In this document: positions 31,610 to 42,568 of the stretch, piece by piece
Numbering within the stretch: the first letter of the stretch is position 1
How the letters are laid out: each line of letters starts with the position of its first letter
Source: Alphaproteobacteria bacterium
GTDB taxonomy: Bacteria; Pseudomonadota; Alphaproteobacteria; UBA11222
Length of the DNA: 64,000 nt
Direction: 5' to 3'
NCBI GenBank assembly: GCA_038318895.1
Contig: JBBQCS010000003.1
Span: 9,381 to 73,380 of the forward strand
Position numbers and translations under genes: made by a program
The notes under the pieces: model-generated
Database searches by the model: none
What the model was told of the DNA's origin: nothing
What the model saw: only the letters and a program-made list of their open reading frames with translations

Positions 31610-33082
31610 TCAAACCACGCCGCGTCCAATGGAAATATCGAGCTCCCGGATTTTCTTGCGCAAAGTATTGCGGTTAAGGCCGAGTAACTCAGCCGCCTTG
31701 ATCTGATTGCCTCTGGTGGCGGCAAGGCACATGGCGATCAGCGGACGCTCGATTTCGCGCAGAACACGATCATGCAGCCCCGCCGGAGGCAACTCCTCCC
31801 CATGATCCGCGAAATAACGCGCCAGGTTGCGTTCCACCGCGGCGCCCAGACTGTCTTCACCACCTTCTGTATTATCTTGCGCCGGTATGTCCGCAGGACT
31901 CGCCAGTTCGGTTTCGATGATTTCAGCGCTGATTACCTCATCCAGATAAAGCGCCGCAAGGCGAAGAGTGAGATTTTCCAGCTCGCGCACATTGCCCGGC
32001 CAGCGATGGCGTTTCAGCCGCTCGAGCGCCGCGTGTTCCAGTGTCTTATGTGGCAACCCGTCCGCTTCCGTGCGACCGAGGAAATGCCGCACCAGATCAG
32101 GAATGTCCTGTGTGCGTTCACGTAATGGCGGAAGCCGCATCGGCACGACGTTCAACCGGTAAAACAAATCCTCCCGAAACAGGCCCTGAGCTATCTGCTG
32201 ACGCAAATCGCGGTTGGTCGCGGCAATAATGCGTACATTGGTGCGGATCGGGGTGCGCCCGCCCACCATCATATATTCGCCTTCCTGCAACACACGCAGC
32301 AGTCGGGTCTGCGCCTCGAGCGGCATGTCCCCGATTTCGTCGAGAAACAATGTGCCGCCTTCGGCCTGTTCGAAACGCCCGGACGCGCGATTCGCGGCGC
32401 CCGTGAAAGAGCCCTTTTCATGGCCGAACAATTCACTTTCAATCAGCTCACGCGGGATCGCCGCCATGTTGATGGCAACGAATGGGCCGTTCTTGCGTTT
32501 GCCATAATTGTGCAGGGCGCGCGCCACCAATTCCTTTCCGGTGCCGGATTCGCCATTGATCATGACCGTCAGATCCGTTCCCATCAGCCGGGCGAGGATG
32601 CGGTAAATTTCCTGCATGGGTGGCGAACGGCCGATCAACGGCAATTCTTCTTCGTCGCTTGCCCTACCACCTGTATTTTCCGGCGGTGGGCTTTTCTGCG
32701 CAGCCAAGGCGCGCTTCACAATCCTGGTCAATTCATTCAGGTCAAACGGCTTGGGCAAATATTCATACGCCCCCTTTTCCGTCGCCTTGAGCGCCGTCAT
32801 CAGGGTGTTTTGCGCGCTCATGACAATGATCGGAAGTCCGGGACGATGTTTCTTGATACGCGGCAGCATGTCAAACACGTTACCGTCAGGCATCATTACA
32901 TCGGTAATGAGCAAATCGCCTTCGCCCTCTGACACCCAACGCCACAGATTGGCGAGATTCCCGGTGGAGCGCACATTGTATCCCAGCCGGACCAGCGCCT
33001 GATTAAGCACTGTGCGAATGGCGTTATCGTCATCGGCGACGATGATGGTTTGGGTCATGGGGGCGGCTGAGGACATACTCAT
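31610..33082 (-). CDS. ntrC: Nitrogen regulation response regulator NtrC (sigma54-dependent)
   Basis: Receiver domain ([18 protein letters not shown]…[18 protein letters not shown]), AAA+ sigma54-interaction domain ([21 protein letters not shown]-like) and a C-terminal Fis-type HTH. Its start overlaps the ntrB stop (ATGA). Confidence 0.9.
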   Translation of the reverse strand: MSMSSAAPMTQTIIVADDDNAIRTVLNQALVRLGYNVRSTGNLANLWRWVSEGEGDLLITDVMMPDGNVFDMLPRIKKHRPGLPIIVMSAQNTLMTALKATEKGAYEYLPKPFDLNELTRIVKRALAAQKSPPPENTGGRASDEEELPLIGRSPPMQEIYRILARLMGTDLTVMINGESGTGKELVARALHNYGKRKNGPFVAINMAAIPRELIESELFGHEKGSFTGAANRASGRFEQAEGGTLFLDEIGDMPLEAQTRLLRVLQEGEYMMVGGRTPIRTNVRIIAATNRDLRQQIAQGLFREDLFYRLNVVPMRLPPLRERTQDIPDLVRHFLGRTEADGLPHKTLEHAALERLKRHRWPGNVRELENLTLRLAALYLDEVISAEIIETELASPADIPAQDNTEGGEDSLGAAVERNLARYFADHGEELPPAGLHDRVLREIERPLIAMCLAATRGNQIKAAELLGLNRNTLRKKIRELDISIGRGVV

Positions 33083-34227
33083 GGTTTTTGACTGCGTTGA
33101 TTTGTGCGCCCGTGAATGGGCAGCAGTGTACGGAAAATCGTGCGTCTGGGCTGGGTGTCACATTCAATCATGCCACCGTGATCGCCGATAATCTTGGCGA
33201 CCAGAGACAGGCCCAATCCGGTTCCATTCAGCTTTGTGGTGATGAACGGATCAAACAGATGCGCGCGGATATCTTCTGAAATGCCGGGCCCATTGTCACG
33301 CACACACACTTCAAACGGTAACGCAACCCGCGCGCTTCCCCCGGGAAGGGCCAGCCGCACCCCATGGCGATATGCAGTGCTTAATGTGATTTCTCCACCA
33401 GCAACACCATCAAGCGCTTCGGCGGCATTTTTTACCAGATTAAGGAATACCTGAATTAATTGATCGCGGTCCCCCAGCACTTCGGGTAACGATGGATCAT
33501 ACTCCTCTATGAAGCGGATATTTTTGGCAAATCCCGCTTGCGCGATACGCCTCACATGTTCCAGTACCCGATGAATATTTACCGGCATTGGCTGTAAAGG
33601 CCGCTGATCGCTAAACGCTTCCATGCGATCAACCAGTGCGCAGATACGATCTGTCTCGTCGCAAATCAGCCGTGTCAGCGCCTTGTCCGCCTCATTGGCG
33701 TTCTGTTCTACAAGTTGCGCGGCACCACGAATACCCGACAGGGGGTTTTTAATCTCATGCGCCAACATGCTGGCCATGCCGATGACCGAACGCACCGCAC
33801 CGCGATGGGTCAATTGCTGATCCATTTTGCGGGCAATACTGGTTTCGCGCAGAACAAGCAAAACCGCGTCCCCGTCATCTCCTGCGGGCGCCACCTGCAC
33901 ATCTGCTATACGCTCACCGGTATGCGGCGTACTAAGGTTTACTTCGTATTCCCATACCGCTGCGCCATCACGCCGCACCTGGGTGATCATCGCCAGCACA
34001 GGACTTCCGAACGGAACCAGTTTCACGAGCGGCTGGTTGAGCAACATATGTGCACTTGACTGGAAAAACTGCTGCGCCTGGGCGTTGATATAGGAAATCC
34101 TGTCTGCTTCATCCACGACAATGACAGGGGCCGGAATGGCGTCCAGGATCATCTCCGCCGTGGAATTGACCTGCTCGCTACCGATGCCGCGGACGGCCGT
34201 CCTGCTTTTCAGCGATTCTGACATCAC
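33079..34227 (-). CDS. ntrB: Nitrogen regulation sensor kinase NtrB
   Basis: Cytoplasmic PAS + HisKA ([18 protein letters not shown]) + HATPase domains on 382 aa. Classic dusB-ntrB-ntrC order. Confidence 0.85.
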   Translation of the reverse strand: MMSESLKSRTAVRGIGSEQVNSTAEMILDAIPAPVIVVDEADRISYINAQAQQFFQSSAHMLLNQPLVKLVPFGSPVLAMITQVRRDGAAVWEYEVNLSTPHTGERIADVQVAPAGDDGDAVLLVLRETSIARKMDQQLTHRGAVRSVIGMASMLAHEIKNPLSGIRGAAQLVEQNANEADKALTRLICDETDRICALVDRMEAFSDQRPLQPMPVNIHRVLEHVRRIAQAGFAKNIRFIEEYDPSLPEVLGDRDQLIQVFLNLVKNAAEALDGVAGGEITLSTAYRHGVRLALPGGSARVALPFEVCVRDNGPGISEDIRAHLFDPFITTKLNGTGLGLSLVAKIIGDHGGMIECDTQPRRTIFRTLLPIHGRTNQRSQKP

Positions 34228-35210
34228 GCGGCCAACTCTGATGGCGAGCCCGCGCTATACCGCTCCAATGCAGCCAACACCGTCCGGGAACACTCCATCG
34301 TCATCAGCGTACGGCGAAGCCTTTCCCCCTCCGGCATGTGCGCCAGATACCAGCCAAGATGCTTGCGCGCCGTCCGTACACCCAGGGCCTCACCATAATG
34401 CGCGATCATGGCCGTATAGTGCCGCCGCATAATCTCCACTTGCATCTGGAATGGGGGCGCGGAAAGTTTGCGTCCCGTTGCAAGAAAATGCCGGATTTGT
34501 TCCGGAAACCAGGGACGGCCCTGGGCGCCGCGTCCGACCATAACCGCATCGGCGCCTGACAGCGATAAAGCCGCGGCCGCATCTTCCTCGGTCTCAATAT
34601 CCCCATTAACGACAACCGGAATGTTTACCGCCTGTTTGACTTGCGCCACAAACTCCCAGTCGGCGCGGCCGTTGTAAAACTGGCTGCGGGTTCGTCCGTG
34701 AACGGAAAGTAGTTGAACCCCCAGCGTCTCGGCCCGACGCGCCAATTCTGGCGCATTCCGGTTATTTTCGTCCCATCCCGTGCGCATCTTCAATGTCACG
34801 GGAATATTCACTGCACTGACAGTCGCGGCGATCAATGCCGACGCCTGATCCAGATCACGCATCAGCGCCGATCCGGAATATCCATTTACCACTTTTTTTG
34901 CCGGACATCCCATGTTGATGTCGATGACTTGCGCTCCCAGGTCCGCACATAGCCTGGCCGCCTCGCCCATCCAATAAGCCTCACAGCCCGCGATCTGAAT
35001 CGCCAAGGGCTTTTCATCTTCGGCGCGGCGCAGCCGGCGTTGCTGGGCAACCGGGCGGGACATAATTTCCCTGCTCGCCAGCATTTCGGAATAAACCAGC
35101 CCAACCCCCTGTTCACGGAATATGCGCCGCGTCGGCAAATCCGTGATCCCGGACAGCGGGGCCAAAAAAACCGGATGGCTGATATTTATGGACTGAAGGG
35201 ATATGGTCAT
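34224..35210 (-). CDS. dusB: tRNA-dihydrouridine synthase B (NifR3)
   Basis: …[18 protein letters not shown]… with FMN-binding TIM-barrel motifs; sits upstream of ntrBC. Confidence 0.9.
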   Translation of the reverse strand: MTISLQSINISHPVFLAPLSGITDLPTRRIFREQGVGLVYSEMLASREIMSRPVAQQRRLRRAEDEKPLAIQIAGCEAYWMGEAARLCADLGAQVIDINMGCPAKKVVNGYSGSALMRDLDQASALIAATVSAVNIPVTLKMRTGWDENNRNAPELARRAETLGVQLLSVHGRTRSQFYNGRADWEFVAQVKQAVNIPVVVNGDIETEEDAAAALSLSGADAVMVGRGAQGRPWFPEQIRHFLATGRKLSAPPFQMQVEIMRRHYTAMIAHYGEALGVRTARKHLGWYLAHMPEGERLRRTLMTMECSRTVLAALERYSAGSPSELAA

Positions 35211-35363
35211 TTATTAGGCATTCTATGATGTCGATTAATTTATGAGCATGTTATCCGCCGCGCGCCTGTTCAGCAAGATATTTGTTGCAGTGCACAGTGA
35301 TCGGCTTGGCAGCGGCCCGCAACCTCGTTAGGTTCGCTTCAGGCAACGGGAAGAAACAGGCAT

Positions 35364-36515
35364 ATGCGCATTGACGTTCTGATCATGGCGGCCGGGAAAG
35401 GCCTACGCGCAGGTGGAACGCATCCGAAACAATATAGGAAAATTGCCGACCAAACCGTGCTGCGTCATACCATAAGCAGGTTTTACCACCATCCAGAGAT
35501 TCGCCAGGTGCGGGTGATTATCAACCCGGATGATACGCAGCTTTATATGGATGCCGTAACCGGACTGGCTATCGCTGCACCGATTCGCGGTGGCGCCCAC
35601 CGGCAGGAGTCGGTGCGGCTGGGGCTTGAGACGCTGGCCGCCGACCCGCCCGATCTGGTGCTGATCCACGACGCGGCGCGGCCATTTGTCGATAATGCCA
35701 CCATTGATGGCGTGATAGCGGCGCTATCTGACGCGGATGGCGCCATCGCCGCTATCCCCGTTACCGACACGCTGAAGATGTCGCACGCAGAGACAATTGA
35801 AAAAGGTATTTCACGAAACGGACTGTGGCGCGCCCAAACCCCGCAGGGCTTCCGTTTTCCGGCAATCCTTGACGCGCATCGCAAGGCCGTCGGCCAGGAG
35901 ATGACCGATGATGCGGAAGTCGCCGAACATGCAGGGCTTCAGGTGCGTCTGATAACGGCAAACGAGGACAATTTCAAAATTACCCATGACGGGGATTTTG
36001 CCCGCGCCGAACGCCTGTTGAGCCGGCCGGAAATGCTTACACGCTTTGGCATGGGCTATGACGTGCACCGCTTCGAAGCGGGCGGCGCCGTCATATTGTG
36101 CGGCGTGGAAGTCCCGTATCACAAAAAGCTGGCCGGTCATTCCGATGCGGATGTGGGTCTGCATGCGCTGACCGACGCGATACTGGGCGCGATTGCGCAA
36201 GGCGACATAGGCCAGCATTTTCCCCCGTCCGATCCACAATGGAAGGGGGCGCCATCGCATATTTTTCTGGCCCACGCAGGAAAACTGGTGCGCGCCACAG
36301 GGGGGGAAATCATCAATCTCGACATTACGCTGATCTGCGAAGCGCCACGCATCGGTCCCCACCGGATTTTGATGCAACAGCGTATAGAACAAATTCTTGA
36401 CCTGCCGCCGGGACGGGTCAGCGTAAAGGCGACAACAACCGAAGGCCTGGGCTTTACCGGACGCGGCGAAGGCATTGCAGCACACGCGGCAGCCGCCGTG
36501 AGCGCGCCAAAATGA
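35364..36515 (+). CDS. ispDF: Bifunctional 2-C-methyl-D-erythritol 4-phosphate cytidylyltransferase / MEcPP synthase
   Basis: N-terminal IspD (LIMAAGKGLRAG) fused to C-terminal IspF (GMGYDVHRFE…HSDADVGLHALTDAILGA). Confidence 0.9.
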   Translation: MRIDVLIMAAGKGLRAGGTHPKQYRKIADQTVLRHTISRFYHHPEIRQVRVIINPDDTQLYMDAVTGLAIAAPIRGGAHRQESVRLGLETLAADPPDLVLIHDAARPFVDNATIDGVIAALSDADGAIAAIPVTDTLKMSHAETIEKGISRNGLWRAQTPQGFRFPAILDAHRKAVGQEMTDDAEVAEHAGLQVRLITANEDNFKITHDGDFARAERLLSRPEMLTRFGMGYDVHRFEAGGAVILCGVEVPYHKKLAGHSDADVGLHALTDAILGAIAQGDIGQHFPPSDPQWKGAPSHIFLAHAGKLVRATGGEIINLDITLICEAPRIGPHRILMQQRIEQILDLPPGRVSVKATTTEGLGFTGRGEGIAAHAAAAVSAPK

Positions 36516-37000
36516 TCATCGCGCGGCCGCCCACCGGCATTGGCTTTCGCCACCCTGTCAGCCTGATCGCCACCTGGTTTGGATGCGGGCTTTTGCCCGG
36601 TGCTCCAGGCACCTGGGGATCTCTGGCCGCGCTGCCCGTTGCCTGGGTTATTGTTATGCTTGGCGGCCCCTTGGGACTAATTGGCGCAGTGATCGCGGCA
36701 TTCAGTATTGGGATTTGGGCGGCGGGGCGCTACAGTCAGGCGGCAGGACTGAAAGACTGTCAGAATGTTGTGATTGATGAGGTTGCCGGTCAATGGCTGG
36801 CGCTGGTATTTGTTCCGCTGGACCCGGCGGCCTATTTTGCGGCCTTTATTTTGTTCCGGATATGCGACATCTTCAAACCATGGCCCGCAAACTGGGCGGA
36901 CCGCAACGTACCTGGCGGATTTGGCATTATGCTTGATGATATGATTGCCGGGACTTACGCGTTAATACTGATACAGACAGGCCTATATGTGATCAAATAG
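36512..37000 (+). CDS. pgpA: Phosphatidylglycerophosphatase A
   Basis: …LIATWFGCGLLPGAPGTWGSLAALP… is the PgpA signature. Confidence 0.85.
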   Translation: MIIARPPTGIGFRHPVSLIATWFGCGLLPGAPGTWGSLAALPVAWVIVMLGGPLGLIGAVIAAFSIGIWAAGRYSQAAGLKDCQNVVIDEVAGQWLALVFVPLDPAAYFAAFILFRICDIFKPWPANWADRNVPGGFGIMLDDMIAGTYALILIQTGLYVIK

Positions 37001-37023
37001 GATCGACCAGGAGATTACCCAAC

Positions 37024-37518
37024 ATGTTCCCAACCAAGACTCTGAAACTTGCGGAAATGCTGCTTGCGGATTGCAAAGCGGCGGGACTGCGTATCGCAAC
37101 AGCTGAATCGTGCACTGGCGGACTGGTCGCGGCATGTTTGTGCTCCATACCCGGCGCATCATCGGTATTTGACCGCGGGTTTGTTACCTATAGCAATGAC
37201 GCCAAGCGCGATTTGCTCGGAGTGCCGGGGGATCTGATGGCCGATGTCGGCTCGGTAAGCGAGCCGGTATCACGTATGATGGCCGAGGGCGCCGTGGAAA
37301 ATTCCAATGCGCATCTGGCCGTTGCGGTTACCGGCATTGCCGGGCCGGGTGGCGGCACCCGGATGAAACCTGTTGGGCTGGTGCATGTGGCCGCAGCGCG
37401 CGAACGCAAACCAATTCTACACGAAATGTATCATTTCGGCGATATCGGCCGCGAAGAAATCCGCATGGAGGCGGTGTATGCGGCGCTTGAAATATTGCAC
37501 CGGCATCTGCTGCGTTAG
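37024..37518 (+). CDS. pncC: CinA-family nicotinamide-nucleotide amidohydrolase (PncC domain only)
   Basis: …TAESCTGGLVAACL…VTGIAGPGGG…, the CinA C-terminal domain. Confidence 0.85.
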   Translation: MFPTKTLKLAEMLLADCKAAGLRIATAESCTGGLVAACLCSIPGASSVFDRGFVTYSNDAKRDLLGVPGDLMADVGSVSEPVSRMMAEGAVENSNAHLAVAVTGIAGPGGGTRMKPVGLVHVAAARERKPILHEMYHFGDIGREEIRMEAVYAALEILHRHLLR

Positions 37519-37520
37519 TT

Positions 37521-38554
37521 CTAGTTGAATAGAATATCGATATGATCTCCGCCGCAGTTGGCATAGGCCTTCATAACTTTTTCTATATCCGAACCGCACG
37601 CCGTCGGAGCGCCATTGGGCTCGACAATCGATACGCTGTACCCGAACGCCAGAACAAACTTTAAATACTCCTGCGCGCTAACCCCCGATATGCCCTGCAT
37701 CAGGCCGGGGCTGAACTCACTCACGATCACCGGATGACAGCGCCTGATTAAATCAGAAGCGCCGAGAAGGGCGTTATATTCAGCGCCTTCAATATCAATC
37801 TTGATGAAACCGACCTGCCTGTCCGCCGGAACGATGTCATCAATGCGCAGGCATGGGACGGTAGTCGCATCCGCAAGTTCCGCAGCGTCACCCGACAGGG
37901 CGGAAGTCGTTCCGTTACTGTACGCCGTGTTCAACACCAGAAGTCCAAGCTCGCGCCCTGCCCCGGCTTGCACAATCGTGACGTTCTCAAAGCCGTTGGC
38001 GCGGCGGCTGAGTTCGACAAGCTTTGCATTCTCAGGGTTGGGCTCGATGGCCATGACGCTTCCCGATGGCGTCACCAGCGCCGCGGACAGCATTGTGAAA
38101 AACCGATGTTTGCGCCAATATCCAGGACGTGCATGCCAGCCCTCAAATATTTTTGAAAAATGGCAGCAACATGTGGTTCATAGGCGCCACTTTTTACCGC
38201 CCGGCCCACTGCAGCGTCGCCGTCGCGCACATACAGCGAAAAACCATCCAGATCCTTGAGAAACAACCCCTCATCCCAGTTCTTGCTCAAGATACTATTT
38301 TTTCTGCGCGCAAACTCCAGCGAGTTCACATACGACATGACCACATCGTCCAGACTGGTCTGCCCGGCATGGGCACTATGCCCCTTCCACTCCTCCTGAT
38401 TGGGCGAACGGCCAAGGATCAGCCGAAAGCAGTAAAATATGTCTTCTGGCGTCGTATGCTCCGTGTGGGGCACAGCCCATGGCGCGTCTGTTGCCAGATC
38501 GTTTCTGATTTGCACAGAATTAAACAGTTTCCGCGCCATAGTCGGCAATCGCAT
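37521..38554 (-). pseudogene. FkbM-family SAM-dependent methyltransferase, disrupted by a -1 frameshift in a T5 (A5 on +) homopolymer near 38096-38101
   Basis: The N-terminal ORF (38554..38072) ends …GMHVLDIGANIGFSQCCPRRW*. The C-terminal ORF (38093..37521) carries the FkbM motif FIKIDIEGAEY. Adding one T in the run restores …DIGANIGFFTMLSAAL…, the canonical FkbM junction. Confidence 0.7.
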
Positions 38555-38717
38555 GGACTACTCCCATCACATGATCCTTATTTACATTGCTTGTAGTGGA
38601 TAGTGGCTTTCAAGCACAAGTCAACTTTAGCAGCCAGGACATAAAGCGATTAGTGACATTATGTGAATACCCGCTTTATCTTCGCCGCCCAATCACGCGC
38701 CAGATTTTCTCAAGGTT

Positions 38718-40448
38718 TTAGCGCCCCAAAGCTTTGAGTGCAGCGTCGGGCGCAAGGGCGGCGAAGGCCTCGTACTGGCTGAGAAACACGTTTCCGCTTA
38801 ACTCTTCAAGAAAATGACTGCGCTGCAGCCGGTCCATAACGGGACCTTTGATTTCTGAAAAATGCAGTTTAACGTCTGCAGCTTTCAAGCGCGTATTAAT
38901 CGCTTCAAGACTTTCCAGACCGCTGGCGTCGATGGAGTTTACGCCCGGACACATCAAAATGACATGTTTGATAGCAGGGTTTTCCGCAACAAGGTTATGC
39001 ACCATGTCTTCAAGAAAACGTACATTGGGAAAATAAAGGCTTTCGTCCACCCGTAAACTTAACACGAAGGGACTGGTCACCACTTTATGCCGCGAATTAC
39101 TTCGAAAATGCTCTGTACCAGGAACTTGCCCGACAATCGCCCAATGCGGACGGCTGGTGCGATAAAGATGTATCAAAATTGATAGCGCCACTCCGGACAA
39201 AATTCCGATCTCTACACCGGCCACCAGTGTGAATACAATTGCCGCCAACATGGCTGCGAAATCGCTTTTAGAATATATCCAGGTTCGCCTGATCGCGCCC
39301 GGATCGATAAGCGACAGTACGGCAACTATGATCGTCGCGGCCAGTGTCGCCTGCGGCAGAAAAAACAGATATGGCGTCAAATATATGGTGACAGCGGCAA
39401 TGCCAATGGCCGTGAAAGCGCCCGCGGCTGGTGTTTCGACCCCCGCATCAAAATTTACCACGGACCGGGCAAATCCGCCGGTAACGGGAAACCCACCCGA
39501 TAACGACGACGCGATGTTGGCCGTTCCCAGTGCGATGAACTCCTGGTCCGGTACAATGCGCTGACGGCGCTTGGCGGCCAGCGTTTGCGCAATTGAAACC
39601 GATTCCACAAAACCAATGATGCTGATCAGCAATGCGGGGCCGGCGAGCGTGCGCCACAGATCAAGATTAAATGACGGCATCGAAATAGGCGGCAGCCCGG
39701 CGACTATACTGCCCACAATGCGAACCCCGGCGGCGTCGAGCGCATATCGCCAGCTGACGAACGTCGTAATGGCAATAGCCAGAATTGGTGTGGTTTTTAC
39801 AACGATATCCGCCACGCGCATACCCAGACCCAGACGCAGCAGCAACCCCTTCAGACGCCAGCGTATCAAGACTTGAAAACCAATCACGGACACGCCGATC
39901 AGCAGCGTGAGCAGATTTATTTTTCCTAGTTGTGGAATAATCGCCAGGACTATTTCAACCAGGTTCTGTCCCGAGCCTTCAATACCAAGAATGTGTTTTA
40001 ACTGGCCGGCGGCGATGAGAATTCCCGTTGCCGTGATGAACCCCGCAATTACCGGATGGCTCAGAAAATTCGCCAGAAATCCAAGCCGGAACAGCCCCAT
40101 GACGACCAGAATCAAGCCGGATAAAAACGCAAGGCAAGTAGCCGCCAGATAATAATCAAAGCTTCCCTGGGCGGCGATGTCCCCCACTGCCACAGCAGTC
40201 ATCAGCGAAACCACCGCAACCGGACCCACCGACAATGTACGGCTTGTTCCGAACACCGTATACACCATCAACGGCAATATACTGGCGTAAAGACCGACCT
40301 GGGGTGGCAAGCCCGCCAGCATGGCATAGGCCAAGGATTGCGGAATCAGCATCAGCGTCACGACGACCGCGGCGATCAAATCGTTAGTCAGCGCGCCGCT
40401 ATTGTAGTTTCTTCCCCAATCAAGTATTGGAAAATATTGTCTTAGCAT
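38718..40448 (-). CDS. SulP-family inorganic anion (sulfate) transporter with C-terminal STAS domain
   Basis: 576 aa; …VVTLMLIPQSLAYAMLAGLPPQVGLYAS… is the SulP signature, with a C-terminal STAS domain. Confidence 0.85.
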   Translation of the reverse strand: MLRQYFPILDWGRNYNSGALTNDLIAAVVVTLMLIPQSLAYAMLAGLPPQVGLYASILPLMVYTVFGTSRTLSVGPVAVVSLMTAVAVGDIAAQGSFDYYLAATCLAFLSGLILVVMGLFRLGFLANFLSHPVIAGFITATGILIAAGQLKHILGIEGSGQNLVEIVLAIIPQLGKINLLTLLIGVSVIGFQVLIRWRLKGLLLRLGLGMRVADIVVKTTPILAIAITTFVSWRYALDAAGVRIVGSIVAGLPPISMPSFNLDLWRTLAGPALLISIIGFVESVSIAQTLAAKRRQRIVPDQEFIALGTANIASSLSGGFPVTGGFARSVVNFDAGVETPAAGAFTAIGIAAVTIYLTPYLFFLPQATLAATIIVAVLSLIDPGAIRRTWIYSKSDFAAMLAAIVFTLVAGVEIGILSGVALSILIHLYRTSRPHWAIVGQVPGTEHFRSNSRHKVVTSPFVLSLRVDESLYFPNVRFLEDMVHNLVAENPAIKHVILMCPGVNSIDASGLESLEAINTRLKAADVKLHFSEIKGPVMDRLQRSHFLEELSGNVFLSQYEAFAALAPDAALKALGR

Positions 40449-40501
40449 GGCGTCACGCGGAAAGATGAGCTATCCGGAAATTTCATTTGATTACTGATCA
40501 T

Positions 40502-41371
40502 CTAAAAGTAATTAAGCGGAAGTTTGAGATAGCTCACACCATTTGCTTCGACAGGCGGGAAATGGCCTGCGCGCATATTTATTTGTACCGACGGCAGAAT
40601 CAGGGCCGGCATATTCAACGTGGCGTCGCGCGCAGTTCGCATTTTTACGAAGTCCTCTTCACTGATCCCGTCATGCACGTGAATATTCTCTGATTTTTGT
40701 GCGGCGACAGTGGTTTCCCAGACAAATTCCGTGCGCTCCGGGGTCTGATAATCATGGCATAAGAATAGTCTTGTTGTGGGCGGTAATGTCAGGATTTTGC
40801 GGATCGAGCGGTAAAGCGCCCGGGCGTCGCCGCCTGGAAAGTCGGCCCTGGCGGAGCCATAATCCGGCATAAACATCGTATCACCGATAAACGCCGCGTC
40901 ACCTGCAAGATATGTCATGCAGGCTGGGGTATGCCCCGGCGTATGCATTGCGTGCATTTCCAGCCCGCCAACACTTAATTTTTCCCCATCGTGCATTAAG
41001 CGGTCGAATTGGCTGCCATCAACGGGAAACCCTTTCTCCGTATTGAAGATCGTTTGAAACGTTTCCTGTACATGCGTCACGAGTTCCCCAATGACTGTCT
41101 GGCCACCGAGTTGCGTCTGTAGATATTGCGCCGCCGTCAAATGGTCTGCATGCACATGGGTCTCGATGATCCACTGAACGCGAAGATCATGTGTCCGCAC
41201 ATGGGCGATGATCTTGTCCGCTGACTTGGTGTATGTGCGCCCCGCTGCCGCATCAAAATCCAGTACCGGATCGACAATCGCACATGCAGATGATCCTGGG
41301 TCCTGCACAATATAGGTGACCGTGAACGTATGGGGATCAAAAAAACTTTGCACTATTGGGCGCATTCGCAA
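40502..41371 (-). CDS. MBL-fold metallo-hydrolase (possible persulfide dioxygenase-like)
   Basis: Metal-binding motif HVHADH and further His/Asp ligands (HTPGHTP) on a 289-aa MBL fold. The functional subclass is inferred only. Confidence 0.6.
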   Translation of the reverse strand: MRMRPIVQSFFDPHTFTVTYIVQDPGSSACAIVDPVLDFDAAAGRTYTKSADKIIAHVRTHDLRVQWIIETHVHADHLTAAQYLQTQLGGQTVIGELVTHVQETFQTIFNTEKGFPVDGSQFDRLMHDGEKLSVGGLEMHAMHTPGHTPACMTYLAGDAAFIGDTMFMPDYGSARADFPGGDARALYRSIRKILTLPPTTRLFLCHDYQTPERTEFVWETTVAAQKSENIHVHDGISEEDFVKMRTARDATLNMPALILPSVQINMRAGHFPPVEANGVSYLKLPLNYF

Positions 41372-41461
41372 CTCCCTATTTCACGTATAAAATTCGTAAA
41401 TTAAATTTGGTGCATCCGATCGATTTTGGCAAGATCAAAATCAAATTCTGGATTTGTGGAT

Positions 41462-42550
41462 TCAATCCACAGAATCGTTTTTCGCGGATTGCGCCAGTGA
41501 CGTCCCCGTTACAAGGCGAAATATCGCGGGAAACACCATCACGACGAGGACAATCCTGGAAAGATGCATAAAAGAGACGTAGGCCGTAAGTGAGCCGATT
41601 GACAGCGCAATCAGGCTCATCTCCGCCAGCCCGCCTGGCGCCAGCGCCAGGATCAGGGGCTTCGGCAAATCACCAATCATCGGGGCAACGACAATGCCCG
41701 TCACGGCGGCGGCGATGACCATCATCACCCCGGATCCGATGGCAAACATAATTGTGCGCCAGACATGTCTCAGACTGAGCCCGGCAAACCGGCAACCAAT
41801 CCCGGCGCCAATAACGACCTGGGCGCACGCAACGAGTACGCTTGGCGGCGCTGCGCTTGTAAGACCGCTGATATGCAAAACCGCACTAAGCAGCATCGGT
41901 CCAAGCAGCCCACCTGCGGGCAAGCGGAATTTAGCCGCCAGTGGCACACCAATAACCGCGCACGCCGTCAACAGCGTCATATCCAGTAGATCAGGAAATC
42001 CGGCCGGTCCCGGCGGCAAAGTGGGAACATGCAGACCTTCAAAATAGCGAAAATAAACCGGTATAGTGCCGACCACGACCAGAATGCGGGTCGCGTGTAC
42101 CATGCTGATCGTCGCAACATTTCCCCCCACGCTTTCACCTACGGTCATCATTTCCGTAAGGCCGCCAGGCGCACTGGAGAAATACGCCGTGGCCTGATCG
42201 AGGCCCGCTACCCTGCGGAAATACTGATAGCTCAACGTCGTAATCAACGCGACAAAGCCTATCATCACACCCATCGACGGAAGCCACTGCACAGCCTGCG
42301 AAATGATTTCGGGGTGGAACGAACTGCCAAGCATGATGCCCAGAATAGCCAGCATGACCTTGCGCAGTATCAACGACATATGGGTTGGCGCGCCCGCCAG
42401 ACTGGCGGTGGTAGTAAAAAACATCGCCCCCAGCATCCACGCCAGTGGCGTGCCGATCCAGGCAAAAAAACCGCCCCCCAGGGCAGCCAGCGTCAATGTG
42501 CCGGCAAGACGCGCAGACAGCCCGGCGCGCTTCAGCGAGATCATAAGCAT
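41462..42550 (-). CDS. AbrB-duplication family membrane protein (putative transporter)
   Basis: 362-aa polytopic protein with two repeated hydrophobic halves, typical of the TIGR03082/PF05145 'AbrB duplication' family. Confidence 0.6.
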   Translation of the reverse strand: MLMISLKRAGLSARLAGTLTLAALGGGFFAWIGTPLAWMLGAMFFTTTASLAGAPTHMSLILRKVMLAILGIMLGSSFHPEIISQAVQWLPSMGVMIGFVALITTLSYQYFRRVAGLDQATAYFSSAPGGLTEMMTVGESVGGNVATISMVHATRILVVVGTIPVYFRYFEGLHVPTLPPGPAGFPDLLDMTLLTACAVIGVPLAAKFRLPAGGLLGPMLLSAVLHISGLTSAAPPSVLVACAQVVIGAGIGCRFAGLSLRHVWRTIMFAIGSGVMMVIAAAVTGIVVAPMIGDLPKPLILALAPGGLAEMSLIALSIGSLTAYVSFMHLSRIVLVVMVFPAIFRLVTGTSLAQSAKNDSVD

Positions 42551-42568
42551 AATGCGATGGGCCCTAAT

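Noticed and set aside
31507-31610. 9-bp inverted repeat (CTGATGTCC…GGACATCAG) between thiE and ntrC as a terminator
   Set aside because: The arms are separated by about 60 nt with no U-run, so it is not convincing as an intrinsic terminator.
35811-36485. 224-aa minus-strand ORF inside ispDF
   Set aside because: It is antisense to the fused IspD/IspF gene.
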